A DNA stretch of 64,000 bases from Gnetum montanum (lineage: Eukaryota; Plantae; Gnetophyta): assembly GCA_015680685.1 (NCBI GenBank), contig MNCI01002737.1, positions 66,078-130,077 of the forward strand. Direction: 5' to 3'. The translations under genes were made by a program, and so were the position numbers. The notes under the pieces were generated by a model. That model did no database searches, was not told where the DNA came from, and saw only the letters and a program-made list of their open reading frames with translations. Below, in pieces: positions 40,795 through 53,724 of this stretch (its first letter is position 1; each line of letters starts with the position of its first letter).

Positions 40795-42687
40795 TGTAGC
40801 GATCGAAAACGTCGGTGGCTCAAAACACCAAGAGGCTTTTGTGCTAACAGTTTTAACCCCAAATCCATGTGAGGGCTGTGTTGGATAAAGACGGAAACGG
40901 GGCACCTTGAACAGTCTGGTCGATTAGATAGGGACTTAGTCAGTGTCACTTAACCTTTTGTAAACGTGTAATGTAGAAACGATGTTTATAATGCAATATA
41001 ATAATTGTTATATGTGACGAAGCAGAAAATAATATAAAATGTAATGATAATAAGTAGGAATGTAAAGCAAACTAGAGTTAGAAAAATGCACTGCCTCAAG
41101 ATTGCGACTTTACTTTGTTGAGCTGGATACAATTGGTTGTGCAACACTGGGAAGCACAGAGATCTCAAAGGTAACTAGAACATTCAAAGTAGGTCAACTA
41201 TGTTCTTGAACGTGGACTCAAAAGCCAACAATGCAAAGTGCTACAAAGGCAACAGAAAAGAGCTAACAGAATGCCAAGCGAAAATGCCAACTACTTAATT
41301 TTTCCAATTTGCTAAACAATAATGTTTGCCAACTTGCCAACAAAAAATGCTAACAATACTCAAAATTGCCAACCAAATTTGCCAACAACCCCAAAATTTG
41401 CCAACTTGCTAACAAATTTGCCAACCTTGTAAACCAAATTTTTTGCTAACACTTTGAGCATTGCTCGTTGGGGTATTTATAAGGCCAGGAGTATGTAAGA
41501 AATGCAGTTCAAATGCCACGTGTCCTGGACCTACGAAATGCTAACGTGTCCATGCTACATGGACATGCAAAGCTTATTGATGAGCCTGTCACACTGTAAT
41601 CATGCTATCAAAACTGGAGATGCTGGAATCAAATATGCCAAAAATGCATATGAGGAATGAGGCACACTGAAGTAGCGTAGCTGCCTACTATGCTATGCTA
41701 CGCAATGTAGCATAGCATGTTGGCATAGCATAGCAGCTTGCTTTGTTGTGCTATGCTATTTAGCGTAGCATAGCATAGCCACCAGTTTGAAGATGAAATT
41801 TGCGTTGAAGTCAACTACATCTTTCGAAAGCTTCATGCACGTTAGGTCAACTTTTGCAACACTTGGTTTGATATGCATCTTTTGCTACACTACACTACAC
41901 TACATAGTGTAGTATAGCGTAGTAGCTGGCTTCATTCGTGATCCTTGTTGAAGTTGCAAATGCTTGCTTGGAGCTCAGATTATGCTAATAGTTGCAACTT
42001 TTGCCTTCTGCGAAGAGAGATTTGTGAACTTTCTGAGCTTGCATTTGAGAGGCTTATTGCTACTTTCAAATCATCACTACGTTGTGCCACGCTATGTAGT
42101 GTAGCATAGCGTAGCAGCCGGTGGATCCTGCTTTTCGTTCAATCTGCCACCTTTTGATGAGAAACTTTACTAAGGACTTGAAACTGAACAAGGCAACTGG
42201 TTTTGAAAGCTAGAGTGCTTGTCAAGTGTAATTGGAATCACTATGTAAGCTGGGTCTTTTCTATTTTTCTTTTGCTACACTGTGCTACACTGCATAGGGT
42301 AGCATAGCATAGTAGTCTGTTCTGCAACAATTTGGTTGCCTGAGAAACTATCTTCTGAGGCCTACTACGTTATATAGCATAGCATAGCATAGCAAAATTC
42401 CTTACTAGAAAACGTTCTAAACTGTTTTGCACATCCTAAGCATCGTCGACAACTCCAAGTATGGTTTTTAAGCAAACTGTCAGCCAAGTGAAACACCCAG
42501 GTGGGCAGGCCAAAGAGTCCATTAGGCATGTTAGCTCTGGAGGTAGAAAACTTGTTGAATTGAACAGTCTAGACTTAGTGCATTCATTTCCTGCCAAACT
42601 GCCATGACGCTGCACTTGTGGAAATCCCTTACCTAAATTCCAAGACCTTGGTGAAGCAATAGGTTTTTGAAATTTTGGCATGTTTCA
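40795..42687 (-). repeat. 3' LTR of element A (~1.9 kb)
   Basis: Termini match LTR B. TATAAATA at 41474-41481, G-box CACGTG at 41517-41522, palindromic ctacgct arrays in U3 and tttgccaac repeats at ~41280-41450. Confidence 0.75.
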
Positions 42688-44065
42688 TTAGCTTCTCTTT
42701 GTCAACATCTGGAGGACAAACCTAAGAGACGCTGACAAAGAATACGAAACACCATGAAAGACAAAATGCTAACATCGCTCTTCGGTAATCACCAAGATGT
42801 CACTTAGCTATGCTTGAGAGTGTTGGATTGGTCATGCAAGGAAAGAGGAAGGGTTAAATTGGGGGAAGAAGGAGGTTCAGGAAAATGGTAAAGATGAGAC
42901 TTAGCAAGGCCCCTCGGAGGAATGCTTGTGAGGGAGTTGTTTGCGTGGTCATCTTTGCTTTTGCTGACCTTTGACCTCTCTTCGGAATGCTTAGAGAGGG
43001 TTACTGTGAAATAGCTAATGTGCCATTTGTTTTAGGCACACTTTTTTTTGTGCAAGCTTTTGCTCTTTTACACTTTTTCTTTTGTAGTTCTACCATTTAC
43101 ATTTGCAAAAAACCTTGTCACAGGATAGGTATTTCTTTCCCAGGATGAGTTGTGTTACATCCATGTGGGGCTTTAACCTACCTACAAATGCTTCCCATAC
43201 AGCAAGTTGTGTTACACGCATCATGGACTTTGCAGTTGGGCATATGGGTGGGCATTATAGGCATCAGGAAAATTCGTAAAAGAGGTGAGAGTGAGAGTTG
43301 TGGGTGTAAGGAATGAGGTAAAGGAGGTTAAGGGGGAAGACAGGATATGCACTTCGAAGTAGCTTAGCTAATTAGGATGACCACCTTGGAACAATGTAGT
43401 GTCTTGTCCCTGTGACGAAATGCACCTCTGATCGACACCCCTTCGGCACGTGTCCTACAAACACAACAAAAAGAAAACCAGAAGAAACAACCATGATGCA
43501 AAAGGAAGGAAAAGCTCTTGCTTACTTTGAACATTGCTGGAACAATAGACGTTGTTGCTGAGCCATTTAGCGTCCAAACTAGAAAGGCTAGCAATAGTTC
43601 TGGCAGCATTTGCATGTAGAGGTCAACACTGAGGTAGCTAGGATTTGTGGTGATGCGAATGCTCAGGAATGCCCACCCAAGGCAAACATTATGCAGTTTA
43701 GCTGTGAGATGGGCTACCCAATAGCTAAACATCTTTTGGGCTCGGACGCTGGCGGGGACCGGAGGATAGCAACATTGTGGCTGGGCCACAATATTGCTGG
43801 AACTCTAGCAGTAGGCGTTGAGCATGGAAGCTACTACTAGGGTGATGAGTCGTGGTAACGGTAGCTCCAGAAGATCAGCAAGATGTCATACGACATCTCT
43901 GGAGGATCAACAAGATGCCAGGGATAATGGCGTTCCACATATTCCTAAGGGTGTTCTCTTAGCATCATGAACTACATTCAGGGATTGCAACGTCCCACCC
44001 CATGTTGGCGATGTGCATGCTCACTTATTTGTAGAGTTGTGATGCATGTTGAGGACATGTTGTGA

Positions 44066-44520
44066 ACCTAGTTTAAGGTCTTGGTAGACCATCTAATCTG
44101 TTGGTTTAAGGTCTCAGCAGATCATGGTGTGTTAGTTTAAGGTCCTTGCAGATTGTTGCGCTAGTTTATCGTTGTAGCGGATGGTCACTGTGCTAGTTTA
44201 AGGTCCTAGCAGACTGTAGTGCTAGTTTATCATCGTAGCAGATGGTGGCTGTGCTAGTTTAAGGTCCTAGCAGACTGCAGTGCTAGTTTAACATCGTAGC
44301 GGATGGTGGATTGACTAGTTTAACATTGTAGTAGATGTGCTTTGCCAATTTTACGTTATGGCGGATAGTCTGTGCCAGTTTATAGTCATAGTAGATTGCC
44401 TTTGCCAGTTTTACATCATAGCAAACGATCTATGCCAGTTTTACGTTGTAGCGGATGAGCTTTGCCAGTTTTATGTTGTAGCGGACGATTGCTTACCTTT
44501 ACCAGTTTTATGTTGTAGCA
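44066..44520. repeat. Tandem array (~30 bp; gctagtttaaggtc / gccagttttac) 3' of integrase A
   Basis: About 15 degenerate units are visible. Confidence 0.9.
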
Positions 44521-44559
44521 AACATTTACTTATCTTGCTCATGCATCAGATGTAGTATC

Positions 44560-47500
44560 GCTTGAGGTATGAATGATTTATAGGATTTGTGAACTTGTTG
44601 CCATCCATGTCTGCCAGCTTGAAGGCCCCATTCCCAAAGGCTTTTGTGACCATGAACGAACCTTCCTAGTTTGCTAAGAATTTGTTCACATGATCATGGA
44701 TAGCCTTGAGAACGAGGTATCCCTTCTATATTAATCATTGATGTGGGTTTGCATGATGCTTCTGCCATTGCTTGTTTTGATAATGCTCTATGCAACCAAG
44801 TGTCTGTGCATGCTCCTCCTCTATGGAGTCGAGGATCGTCAACCTCGTCTCATTGTTCTGGGCTTCGCTCACGATGTTCAACAAGATCATTCGAAGTGAG
44901 GGTACCTGCAACTCAAGAGGTAGCACTGCTTCAGATCCATAAACAAGACTATAAGGTGTCTTACCTATCATAGTTCTACATGTCATCCTGTAAGGCTACA
45001 ACACATAGAGGATTTGCTCATGCCATCACCTCTTGCCATTGTTAAGCATTTTCTTGAGCAAGTTGATGATGGACTTGTTCGTAGCTTCTACTTGTCTGTT
45101 TGCCTACGAGTAGTATGATAAGGAGAACAACTACCTAATGCCAAGATTGCTACAGAAGGTTTTGGTTTCTGCACTACTGAACTGTGGCCCATTGTCAATC
45201 ACAATAGTCATGGAAAGCCCAAGCCTTATCACAATGTTGTCTAAGATGAAGTGGCAAACTTGCTTGGATGTAGTCTTCCTCAGGGGAATAGCCTCCACAC
45301 ACTTTGTAAAATACTCGGTGGCGGTGATGATGAAGCTATGCCCTACGGAAGACTTAGGCATGATAGGTCCTATGATGTTTAGTCCCCATTGCTGGAAAGG
45401 CCACATGATCTACATTGGATGCAACTCTGTTGGCAAAATGTGTATAAGATTTGCATATTGTTGGCATGTATCACAAGTCTTGACTTTGGCTAGGCAATCA
45501 TGCTCCATGTGAGGCCAATAATACCCTAGGCGTCTGATTTTTGTAGCCATAGCCCTAGGTGCTATGTGTCTGCCACACAGTCCCTCGTGTACTTCATTAA
45601 TGACCTTCTGTACTTGCTCCTCATTTACGCATGCTAGCAATATCCCATCATAGGAGCGTTTGCACAAGGCATTGTCTCCCATGAGCACGTAGTGTTAAGC
45701 ACGCTTGTGGATCGCATCTCTCTAGGTAGATGTCAATCTGCTTGGAGCTCACCATGTTGCAAGTAGGCTTTAATGTTGGCGTACCACTCTTGGGTGTTTG
45801 CAGCGTTAATAGAGGCTACGTGTACCACCTGAGTCATAGGCTCTGTACACTCAATAATCGAAGCAGGCAAACTTGCGAACAGGTGTGGTGGCACGTTTAA
45901 TGCTAAGGTAGCTAGGGAATTTGGTACAATGTTTTCATTGTGCGGCACGTGTTGAACGTCCATTGTCATGAATTGTTTAGGAAAAATTTTTGCTAGGTTG
46001 TAGTAGGGCTACATGTGTGTAGCTTTAGAGGAGTAAACTTCTGTGATTTGATTCATGACGAGTTGTGAATCCCCGCGAATCACCAGGTGTTGGATGCTTA
46101 ATGCTTGGGAAGCTAAGAGGCCTCTGAGTAACCCTTTATACTCTGCCACATTGTTTATACAAAGGAACGTAAAACGATAAGCAAAAGGTTGCATTTCCCC
46201 TGAGGGAAACGTAATGACAATAGCTGCACTACCTCCTCGCGTGGTCGAGGCACCATCAAAATGCAAAGTAGCTTCAAGGTGTGATGGGTTGGCGTTGATA
46301 ATGCTAACATGCTCGTCAGGGAATTTGGGATCTATGATTGTCTGATTATCAATGGGTGAGGTCCTAAGTTGCATTGTTATAGCTTGACCCTTTGTTGATG
46401 ATTGGCTTACATAATGCAAATCGAATTCTGCGGTTATGGCTTTCAACCGAGCTACCCTGTTACTTTCATATAGATTGTTTGTGATAGCCTGAAGTACATT
46501 GCTCTTGCAAACGATGTTAACCTTGCTACGAAATAGATAATGCCTCCATTTTTAATGCAAAGACTAGAGCAAGGCAGTTTCTCTCCACCTCATTGTATCT
46601 CACTTCATGCGCTATCAATGCATGACTTAGATAATACACTAGAATGTCAGAGTCGTTATCTCGTTTATGACATAACAGTGCTATGATAGACGTGTCTGAG
46701 GTGGTAAGGTAGATAAAGAAAGACTTATCTCTCTGCGGTGGGTACACAGTTGGGAGGTGTAAAAGTTCTTTCTTTAGATCATCAAAGGCTTGTTGCCATT
46801 GCGTTGTCCATTCGAAGTTAACCCCCTTCTTCAGTAGATGTTGCATGGAGTGTAACTTGTCAATCAATTTTGCTATAAACCTTCTAATGAACTATACTCT
46901 ACCTTGTAACCTTCGTAATTCTTTAAGGTTTGTAGGGGATGCTAGATTAATGATGGCTTTGACTTTGTCAAGGTCTACTCGTATTCCAGCCTCTAATACT
47001 ACAAATCCTAACATGCATCCAGTTCTCACCCCGAAGACACACTTTTTTGGGTTAAGGCATAAATCGTGCATCTAACAACGCTTGAGAACTACATCTAGAT
47101 TGTTGGGATGATCAGTGGCCTCTTTAGATTTGATCGCTATGTCATCCACGTAATCATTCAGCAGTTCTAAGATGTAGTCGCTAAAGATGTATGTCATGGC
47201 TCTTTGGTAGGTTGCCTCGATGTTTTTGAGCCCAAAGGGCATCATAGTATAACAGAAAGTTCCACATGGGATCATGAAGGTTGTTGTTAACTGATGCTCT
47301 AGGTTGATGCGAATTTGGTTGTAGCCAGAGAAATCGTCCATAAAGGATAGCAAAGCATGACCAGCCGTAGTATCAATGATGAATACTCAGTAGTGGGAAA
47401 TCATCTTTGATCATTGCCTTGTTCAGATCCTAGAAGTCTATACAAATACATATTTCTCCTATTTTCTTAGAAACTACAACGATGTTTGACATCCATTCTG

Positions 47501-47950
47501 AGTAATCAACTGCCTGATGAAACCAGCCTGATAGAGCTTGGTGATTTCATCTTGTACAACTAGTGCAATCTCTGGTTTAACCTTACAAGCCTTTTGCTTA
47601 ACTACTTTCATCCTTGGATCTAAGACAATATTGTGTTGTATGAGCCTTGGATCTAAACCCAGCATGTCATTATAAGACCACACGAATACTTCGATGTTAT
47701 TTTGTAGTACTTTGGCGACATCTTTGTGAATTTGTGAATCCAAGAGGGAGCTAACCTTTAACATTTTTATTTTCTCCTAGATGTGGTCACAGGCGTCTCA
47801 ATGAGAGGATCCTCAGTTACATCCCCGACCTCTAAATCTATGGGTTGGACTAGAATTTCAGGCTAGTCTAAGGATGTTTCTAAGGATGCTACAGTGCTTT
47901 TTGTAGATGATCCCTAGTCTATTGACTCGGGGTTCAGTTGTCTTGCAAGC
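44560..47950 (-). pseudogene. Degenerate pol: RT (~46900-47760), RNase H (46526-46867), additional archaeal-type RNase H (46009-46446), integrase (~44560-45690)
   Basis: LSFMD.FSGYNQI, MPFGLKN and YVDD (RT); LHFDGAS, NNVAEY and GDSQLV (aRH); HEGLCGRH..C..CQ, WPFQQWG, DNGPQF and TPYSLVYG (INT). Confidence 0.95.
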
Positions 47951-48149
47951 TTACTGTATAGACCTATTAAAGCTAGAGGTGAAGAAAGATCATGATGCAT
48001 TGCCATGCTTACTCAACCTGTCACAATGAGATGAATGCCTAGTTAAGAGATACTTGTTTGTAGCAATAGTACGTAGTAAGCATTTGTAAAGCAGCAATAA
48101 GATGTGAATAGTTGAAATAATCATAAAGCATGATACAAAATTTGTAACT

Positions 48150-48530
48150 TGCTAGTTTAAGATTGTAGCGGACCGCCTTAATGTAGAAGCGTAAAACTAC
48201 TAGTTTAAGGTCTTTACGGATTGCTAACGAGTTAAATTTTCTAATTAAAAGTATTAGTTTAAGGTCTTTGCGGACTGCTAACAAGATTGAAGTCACGTGT
48301 TAGAATTGCTAGTTTAAGGTCTTTACAAACTGTTAACGAGATTGAGGCTATGGATTAGAATTTGCTAGTTTAAAACGAACTATCTGAATGCAAAAGTTTG
48401 AAGCTACTAGTTTAAGGTCTTTGCGGACCATCTAAATGCAAAAGTTCGAAGCTACTAGTTTAAGGTCTTTGCGACCATCTGAATGCAAAAGTTCGAAGCT
48501 GCTAGTTTAAGGTCTTTGCGGACCATCTAG
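48150..48530. repeat. Tandem array ctagtttaaggtctttgcggacc upstream of RT
   Basis: About 9 degenerate copies, including near-perfect ~48 bp units at 48383-48528. Confidence 0.9.
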
Positions 48531-48705
48531 TTAGTTATTTTTGTGAAGGCCAACAACTAGTTTAAAGTGGATAGAAGTTTTCAGTTGGGCCCACCTGCCA
48601 TAATGCAAACAGTGCCACTACGCTATGGGGGAGTGCTACGCTATACAAGATGTTCCACATTAACCGAGGAGAGAAAATGGTAGGTTTCTTTTCATTGTTT
48701 TCAGC

Positions 48706-48713
48706 TATAAATA
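48706..48713 (+). promoter_or_regulatory. Putative TATA box of antisense accessory gene 1
   Basis: TATAAATA lies 142 bp before aacaATGgct (good plant Kozak context), with an adjacent telo-box-like agggttt. Confidence 0.5.
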
Positions 48714-48847
48714 AGGGTTTACCCTCGATAAACTTGTCATTTTCACCATAATAGCACAGAGCTTTCATTCAGAGTGTAGAGCGATTGTGCTAACTTAGAG
48801 CAAGGTGATTTAGCATAGCATCAAAGAAAGAATTAGCAACCAAAACA

Positions 48848-51800
48848 ATGGCTCCGAGGAGAGAACACAAACACCTAGCACTCACCAAGGTGGACAAAGT
48901 GAAGGAGACCCTAGGGTGTGTGTCGTAGATGTGTGTTCCTGTGCAAGATGAGACCCCACTGACCTGGTAAGTTGCTACACTATTCCTTATTTTTCTATGC
49001 TGCTACTATTACTTCTGCTTTCTCTGATTTTTGTTATGTAATCTACATTTTTGTTATGTAATCTATGTTTCCTGTTATCGTTTTTGTTATTATTTTGGCC
49101 GTTACACCACTGTTGTTAGCAATTCGACCATGACAGTGTACGAACTCTACACTAAGGTTGCATGCAATGCTGCTAAGAACGCCATTGTTATGGTTGCCCT
49201 ACCTCAGAAGCTTGGGCGATTCTGGCAACTTGGCATGCGAATAGCATAGCATACGATCCTCAGGGGGGTTCGACCATGCGCATGATTTGACAGCGTAACA
49301 CGTGTCTATCATAGCACAATGCAAATTGTTTTGTCAAGCAGAAGATTTGTCAAAACTAGTGTGACGCATTGAATTCTTTCTTGTCAAAATATTTGTGTTT
49401 AGCTTTTCATTGCTACACTAGGCTAATTCTACTACGCTATTGCCTTCGTGTTTTTTGCTATGCTACATGCATGGAGAGAGTCATGCTACGCTATCTGCTA
49501 ACTACTAATTCTGCTACGCTATATGCGAATCCCACTCAAACATGACGTTAACATTTGCATTTGTGTTATGCATGGTGGTGCTAAGGCCAATCTTAATTAT
49601 CTTAAAAATCGTAGGGGTCCTGTGCTGCCTAAGAAAACCAATGGCCAACGTTCCTCCACCCCATGTGCATGCAGGGCAGTAGGCAGTCTGGTTCCAGGAA
49701 GGCGCAAACAACTTCCTGCAATTTCTCCTCCAGCACTTCAATGTGATCGTTTGGTCAAACTTGTCATAGGAGGTAGCAGTTGTAGTGACAGAAACCCTCT
49801 TACCTAGGGCAAATCGAGGTATTCTGAGATTTTTTATGGATGGACCAATTAGAAGCAGGCAGGGAGAAGGATCCAGTTAGCGCTCAAAAAATTTGAGGTG
49901 CTTGGCCTAGATCTGGGAGATGCCCGAATACGATTGCTACAATTCGTACAACACTTTGTTTCTTGCGTGCCACATGGGAACTTATTTTCAAAACCCACCA
50001 GGAACCATTTACTATTCCGATGGGTGAATTCTATAAACATATTTTGCTATGCTATGCAAAAATTGCTATGCTATGCAAAAATTGCTATGCTAGGAAAATG
50101 TTAACAGTGTGTTTTTGTTACCAGGTTTTTTATCAACAAGGATGGACTTCACGGTGACACAGATGAATTGGCCTTTGCACGAATGGTGTTGCAGGAGTTT
50201 TCTTCCACTAAGAATATGCATGTAGGCATGATAGGCCAATGCGGGGGTGAGTACAAAACCTACCCAACCTAGTACTCCCAGCTCTACAATAGATGCAAGG
50301 AGTTTGGTTGGTTGGATAGGGATTGGGAATCCCTTAGGCTAATCACCATTGAAGATGTATTAGTGGATCTTCTGCCATTCTCATCACTGTTTAAACCTGG
50401 TAAGCTAAACAGTTTTTATGCTATTTCTACTTTTATCTAAGTTTTTGCTATTTCTACTTTTATCTAAGTTTATGCTTCTACTTTTATGCTATTTTTGCTT
50501 TTATCTAAGTTTTTGCTTTTTTGCTTGTGTAAACTATAATAGCAGCCAAGAAGTCCGAGGAGGTGACGATAATCACCTCTAGGAATCATGAGGCCAACAT
50601 CTACTTCAAGTACAGGGAGGTAGATGAGACTCAACACTGGCTTTGCAGCTGGGCCTTAGAATCGCTAACCAAACACCTTCAAAACGTTGAACTCATGGAT
50701 CTGTTCCTAGCCATGAACCTGAGCGTCCCTACTGCTGAGATGCTGGCCCTAGCTAACTCATTTTATGAAAAGGTAGAACGTCTCCGCACATGTATGCACA
50801 ATGTGCTGGTGGTCCTTGAAATCAATGACCAACTATTTGCAGACCTCTTCGGTGTCCCTGCTGATGGTCTCCCCGTGGGGGTAAAGACCAAAAAAGAGGT
50901 GAACCATCAAGAGGACATTGAGGAGTGGCTAGGGGTGGCGAAAGGGCAAAAGGGAATCCTTATGGCAAAAGTGAAGTTGAGAGTAGCCAAAGACATTTAC
51001 CCAATCTTCCATGCCCATGCTTTTCCCCAACTACTTTCCCAAGGAAAGATCATCGGGATTGAGCAAGCCTAGGTGATGAGGGAGGTCATGGAAGAGGGGG
51101 CCCGTTACAATTGGGCTAGGAATCTCTACAAAGGCCTTCAAGCTGAAATGATCAAGCTTCATAAGAAGCATGAGTCACGTTTCAACGTGCATCATGCTTT
51201 TTATGTAGCTTGCTTGTGGTGTTTCGTATAATTCTTGGTGGTCCGTGAGAATGGAGTCTACGTTATACAAGATCGCAACCAGATTTCCAAACTATCGATC
51301 TGCCAAGTCTTCCAGACCACCTGAGCCTAAGATCCCCCAGAAGCAATTGGGGAGTCATTTTCCATGACAACTAAGGATTAGGTGGCCTGCAACTTCTGTG
51401 ACCAGGATAGTGTGAGAGAGGCGCCCCCTACTACTACAGGTAGCGTATCACAGGGAAAATGCCTTATCATGGAAATGGTGGCCACCAAGTTACAGCAAAA
51501 GAGGTCTCATCTAGTTAAGGAGCTTCCTTGTACAGAAGAAGAAGAGGGGTAGACATTACGATTCAAGCTACGCAGGGTGCAACCCCCCATTGGTAATTAT
51601 TTTTCTCCATGATTGTTTCTTCACTGGTTTGGTTAATGCTTACTACACTGTGCTATGCTAGGTAGCGTAGCATAGTGTAGTGTCAATTTTAAGTTAACAT
51701 GCTAGACTTAATGCAAACTTACTTTGTTGCCAAAGGAAGAAGAAGAAGAAGAAGACGATGAAGAGACATTGGTCCTCGAAATGAGGGCAGCTAATAAACA

Positions 51801-53550
51801 TGTAGGGGCCCTATCCATAGAGGAAAGGGCCTTGGTCAAGAGAGAAGGAACTGTTGCGACAAAGGAAGGGGCTTCCATCAATAAAGAAAACACTCCTGCT
51901 GACGAGGGGGACATTTCAGTCGACGAGGAGGATTCCCCCACTGATGAGGAGGATGTTGGTGCCTTAAAAAGAAAGGCTCCAGTGAATAAAGAGGAAGCCT
52001 GTGTTAATGAGGAAGGAGCCTCTACTGATGATCCTTTCGCTGAGTTCAATTCAACACTAGATGAACAGATGAACATGGAGGGTGTTGCCACAGTTTTAAG
52101 CTAGTAAGGAGGGGATCTACAACTAGAAGCTAGTGAGTTTGATCATATTTTTGACAGTATGTCAATGGGCGACACCCCCCCCTGCCCCCCCACTATCACC
52201 CCTGAGGGTTTTCTGGGTAGGATCCTTTGCACTGTCATTTGTGGTTTTCATTAGCTTCATTGTAGTCCACCTTAGTCATAAATGACACGTTTGGTTATAT
52301 GGTAGACATTGTTGTTAACACTGTAGGACCTCCCTTGATCTAACTGGAACCATGGGTCAAGCCCCCTGATAAACTTATGTTCATGCAGGGGGTCATCGAT
52401 GACATGATCAATCATCTCAAACAGGTCAATCCAGAAGTGGGTAAGTAAAGTGACTTCACTAGGCTTTTAGCTTGCTATGCTAGACTTCCTGAGTTGCCAA
52501 AATTTGCTACGCTGCTATGACTGATGTGCTTTTATGTGTGATAACAGCCTCTCGCCTCAAGTGGAACCCGAAACAACCAGTAAAGGTAGACGTCGTGCCC
52601 ACATTCCCACCTGAAGTGACCAAGGTGCCTCATCGCATATATGACGAGGCTAGCAAATGTGTGTTGCACTTGGCATGCTCTTTATGGGAGTGTAGGTGCG
52701 TGAATGAAGACCTATGAAAATGGGTCCAGAGGAAAGAGAGAGAATTGACCAATCTAACCGTTGAGGTGGGAGACCTTCGTTCCAGAAACAAGTTCCTCCT
52801 GGCCCACGATACCAATGATGGTAGTTGGTGCATGACTGTCATTGATTATGCAAGATATTGGATGGCTATGTGAAGCAACAACGAGGCCACTTGAGAGATA
52901 ATTGAGCAGCAGATGCAGATGGAGTTATTGGCTTAAAAGAACCAAGATTGGAAAGATTATAGCGCTAGATTTTACGAGTGGGGGTAGTCTTAGAAAAATC
53001 ATAAGCACATGTATAAACTAGAATGTGCCACCTATCGTAAATATTATCAAAATGCTTTAGTGAAGTTGTTTACTCATGAAGCATTCCTAGATGCTATTGG
53101 TACTTTTGAGGCCTACAACAAGTTCATGCAGCAAGTGATGGTCACTGAGTCACCTAAGTGAGAAGTGAATCTTCCCACAGGTGAGATCGCCACTGCCTCA
53201 TTTTCTTTGGGACCGCCAAGATGGACGACCATCGAAAAAGAGAAAGCTGCAGCAAACGTTGAACTGAGCGAAATACATTGGGCAGATATCACAAAGGAGG
53301 AGGTTTGGCACTGCCTCGGGATCGGATTGGATCGCATACCACCCAAGGTAGACACAGGGTCGTCTCAGGTCAGTCACTTTCTATGATGCAACAATTTATG
53401 TTTTTCTAGCTTTCATGTGTAACTCTAGTTGAGTGTTTCATGTTTATGGTGCAGATTTTGGATGAAGAAGCAGGGCCCCTAGAGGGCAGAAATGATGATG
53501 TGGAAGAGGATGATGTAGAGGGAAATGATGCAGGGGAAGATGACGTCTGA
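48848..53550 (+). pseudogene. Antisense multi-exon accessory gene 1: FCP1/NIF-like pseudophosphatase + PMD/Transposase_32-like + acidic + coiled-coil domains
   Basis: Exons approx 48848-48966, ~49570-50023, 50125-50399, 50543-51592, ~51717-52216, ~52305-52440, 52548-53368 and 53455-53550 (stop TGA). Introns are T-rich GT-AG; in-frame stops are mostly TAG/TGA. Confidence 0.8.
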
Positions 53551-53724
53551 GAACAGGGCTTTTGATTTTTGTATTTTTATGTTTTTGTGAGACTGTTGTA
53601 AAACTATTGCAAACAGTATCTAAGTGGAGTTTTGAATGAAAAATGGATTTTGGCAAGATTGATGCTACTCTAGTTTATGTGTTTTGTATGTTATCTATGT
53701 GATCGGTTTCTATGTTTTTCATTT

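Noticed and set aside
44066-44520. CRISPR-like repeat/spacer appearance of the tandem arrays
   Set aside because: The context is a eukaryotic retrotransposon, the intervening sequences are related to one another, and there are no cas genes.
49898-50157. Track ORFs 49898..50104 and 49963..50157 as the cargo protein frame
   Set aside because: Splice phase and paralog conservation support the third frame (…YNSYNTLFL…NPPGT), which is broken by TAG stops.
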